Below, one piece after another: positions 63,622 to 64,000 of a stretch of DNA of 64,000 bases. Location of the stretch: positions 19,330,642 to 19,394,641 of the forward strand of contig CP154954.1 in the NCBI GenBank assembly GCA_039621445.1, read 5' to 3'. A program made the translations under genes and the position numbers. How positions within the stretch are numbered: the first letter of the stretch is position 1; every line of letters begins with the position of its first letter. Below the pieces are notes generated by a model. It was not told where the DNA came from and ran no database searches. It saw only the letters and a program-made list of their open reading frames with translations. The stretch comes from Euglena gracilis (lineage: Eukaryota).

Positions 63622-64000
63622 GTGTACAACATGTACTCGGTATGTGCTGAGTCAGGGCTGGATAGAGGTAGAGGTAGAGGTCAAAGTCCTCTACCTCTAT
63701 CTGACCCACGTCTACCTCTACCTCTGGGGGGTCGGCACGCCGTGGCGAGGTATCCGGCTGGGGGGGGGGGGGGTTGGCGGGGCGAGGGTGTCCCGGATGG
63801 GGGGGGAGGGGGGCGCGGGGGTTTGCCAAGAAAATTTTCTTTGCGGGCCTGACATGGCGTGGCGAGGGGGTCTAAAAGGGGGGGGGGGTAAAATGGCGTG
63901 GCGAGGGGGTTGGTGAGGGGGGGGGAGGGGTGTGAGTGTACGTCTGATTCCCAATTCTCCTTTCCCAATTCCCAAAAGCCTTCGCTTTCGCCTTGGCGCA

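Noticed and set aside
1-64000. rRNA, tRNA or spliced-leader RNA genes
   Set aside because: None recognised by eye; a covariance-model search would be needed to exclude them.

Overview
This is eukaryotic nuclear DNA, almost certainly from a euglenid (inferred from intron type; species not determinable). Four intron-rich genes lie co-directionally on the minus strand: an INCENP-like gene with a C-terminal IN-box (~6.35-14.1 kb), EMC2/TTC35 (16.7-21.6 kb), an NSUN3/NSUN4-like RsmB/NOL1 m5C methyltransferase (25.1-37.8 kb) and a small dual-specificity phosphatase (41.5-46.3 kb). Manual exon joining shows they mix GT-AG introns with nonconventional introns of geometry exon|N3-CAG...CTG-N5|exon whose ends base-pair; all six phosphatase introns are of this type. 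The remainder is dense, nested mobile DNA: a degenerate hAT transposon, many CAG/CAA...CTG/TTG-ended MITEs with perfect 8-bp or 7-bp target-site duplications (TSDs), a fragmented RLE-type non-LTR retrotransposon, two inverted copies of a ~2.6 kb minisatellite-bearing element, and microsatellites. Main observation: N3+N5 equals the 8-bp hAT TSD, and three young MITEs in this window sit inside coding remnants in exactly the nonconventional-intron configuration, so removal would restore the reading frame without a scar. This supports a MITE-to-intron ('introner') route. All splice models are hand-derived predictions without transcript evidence.
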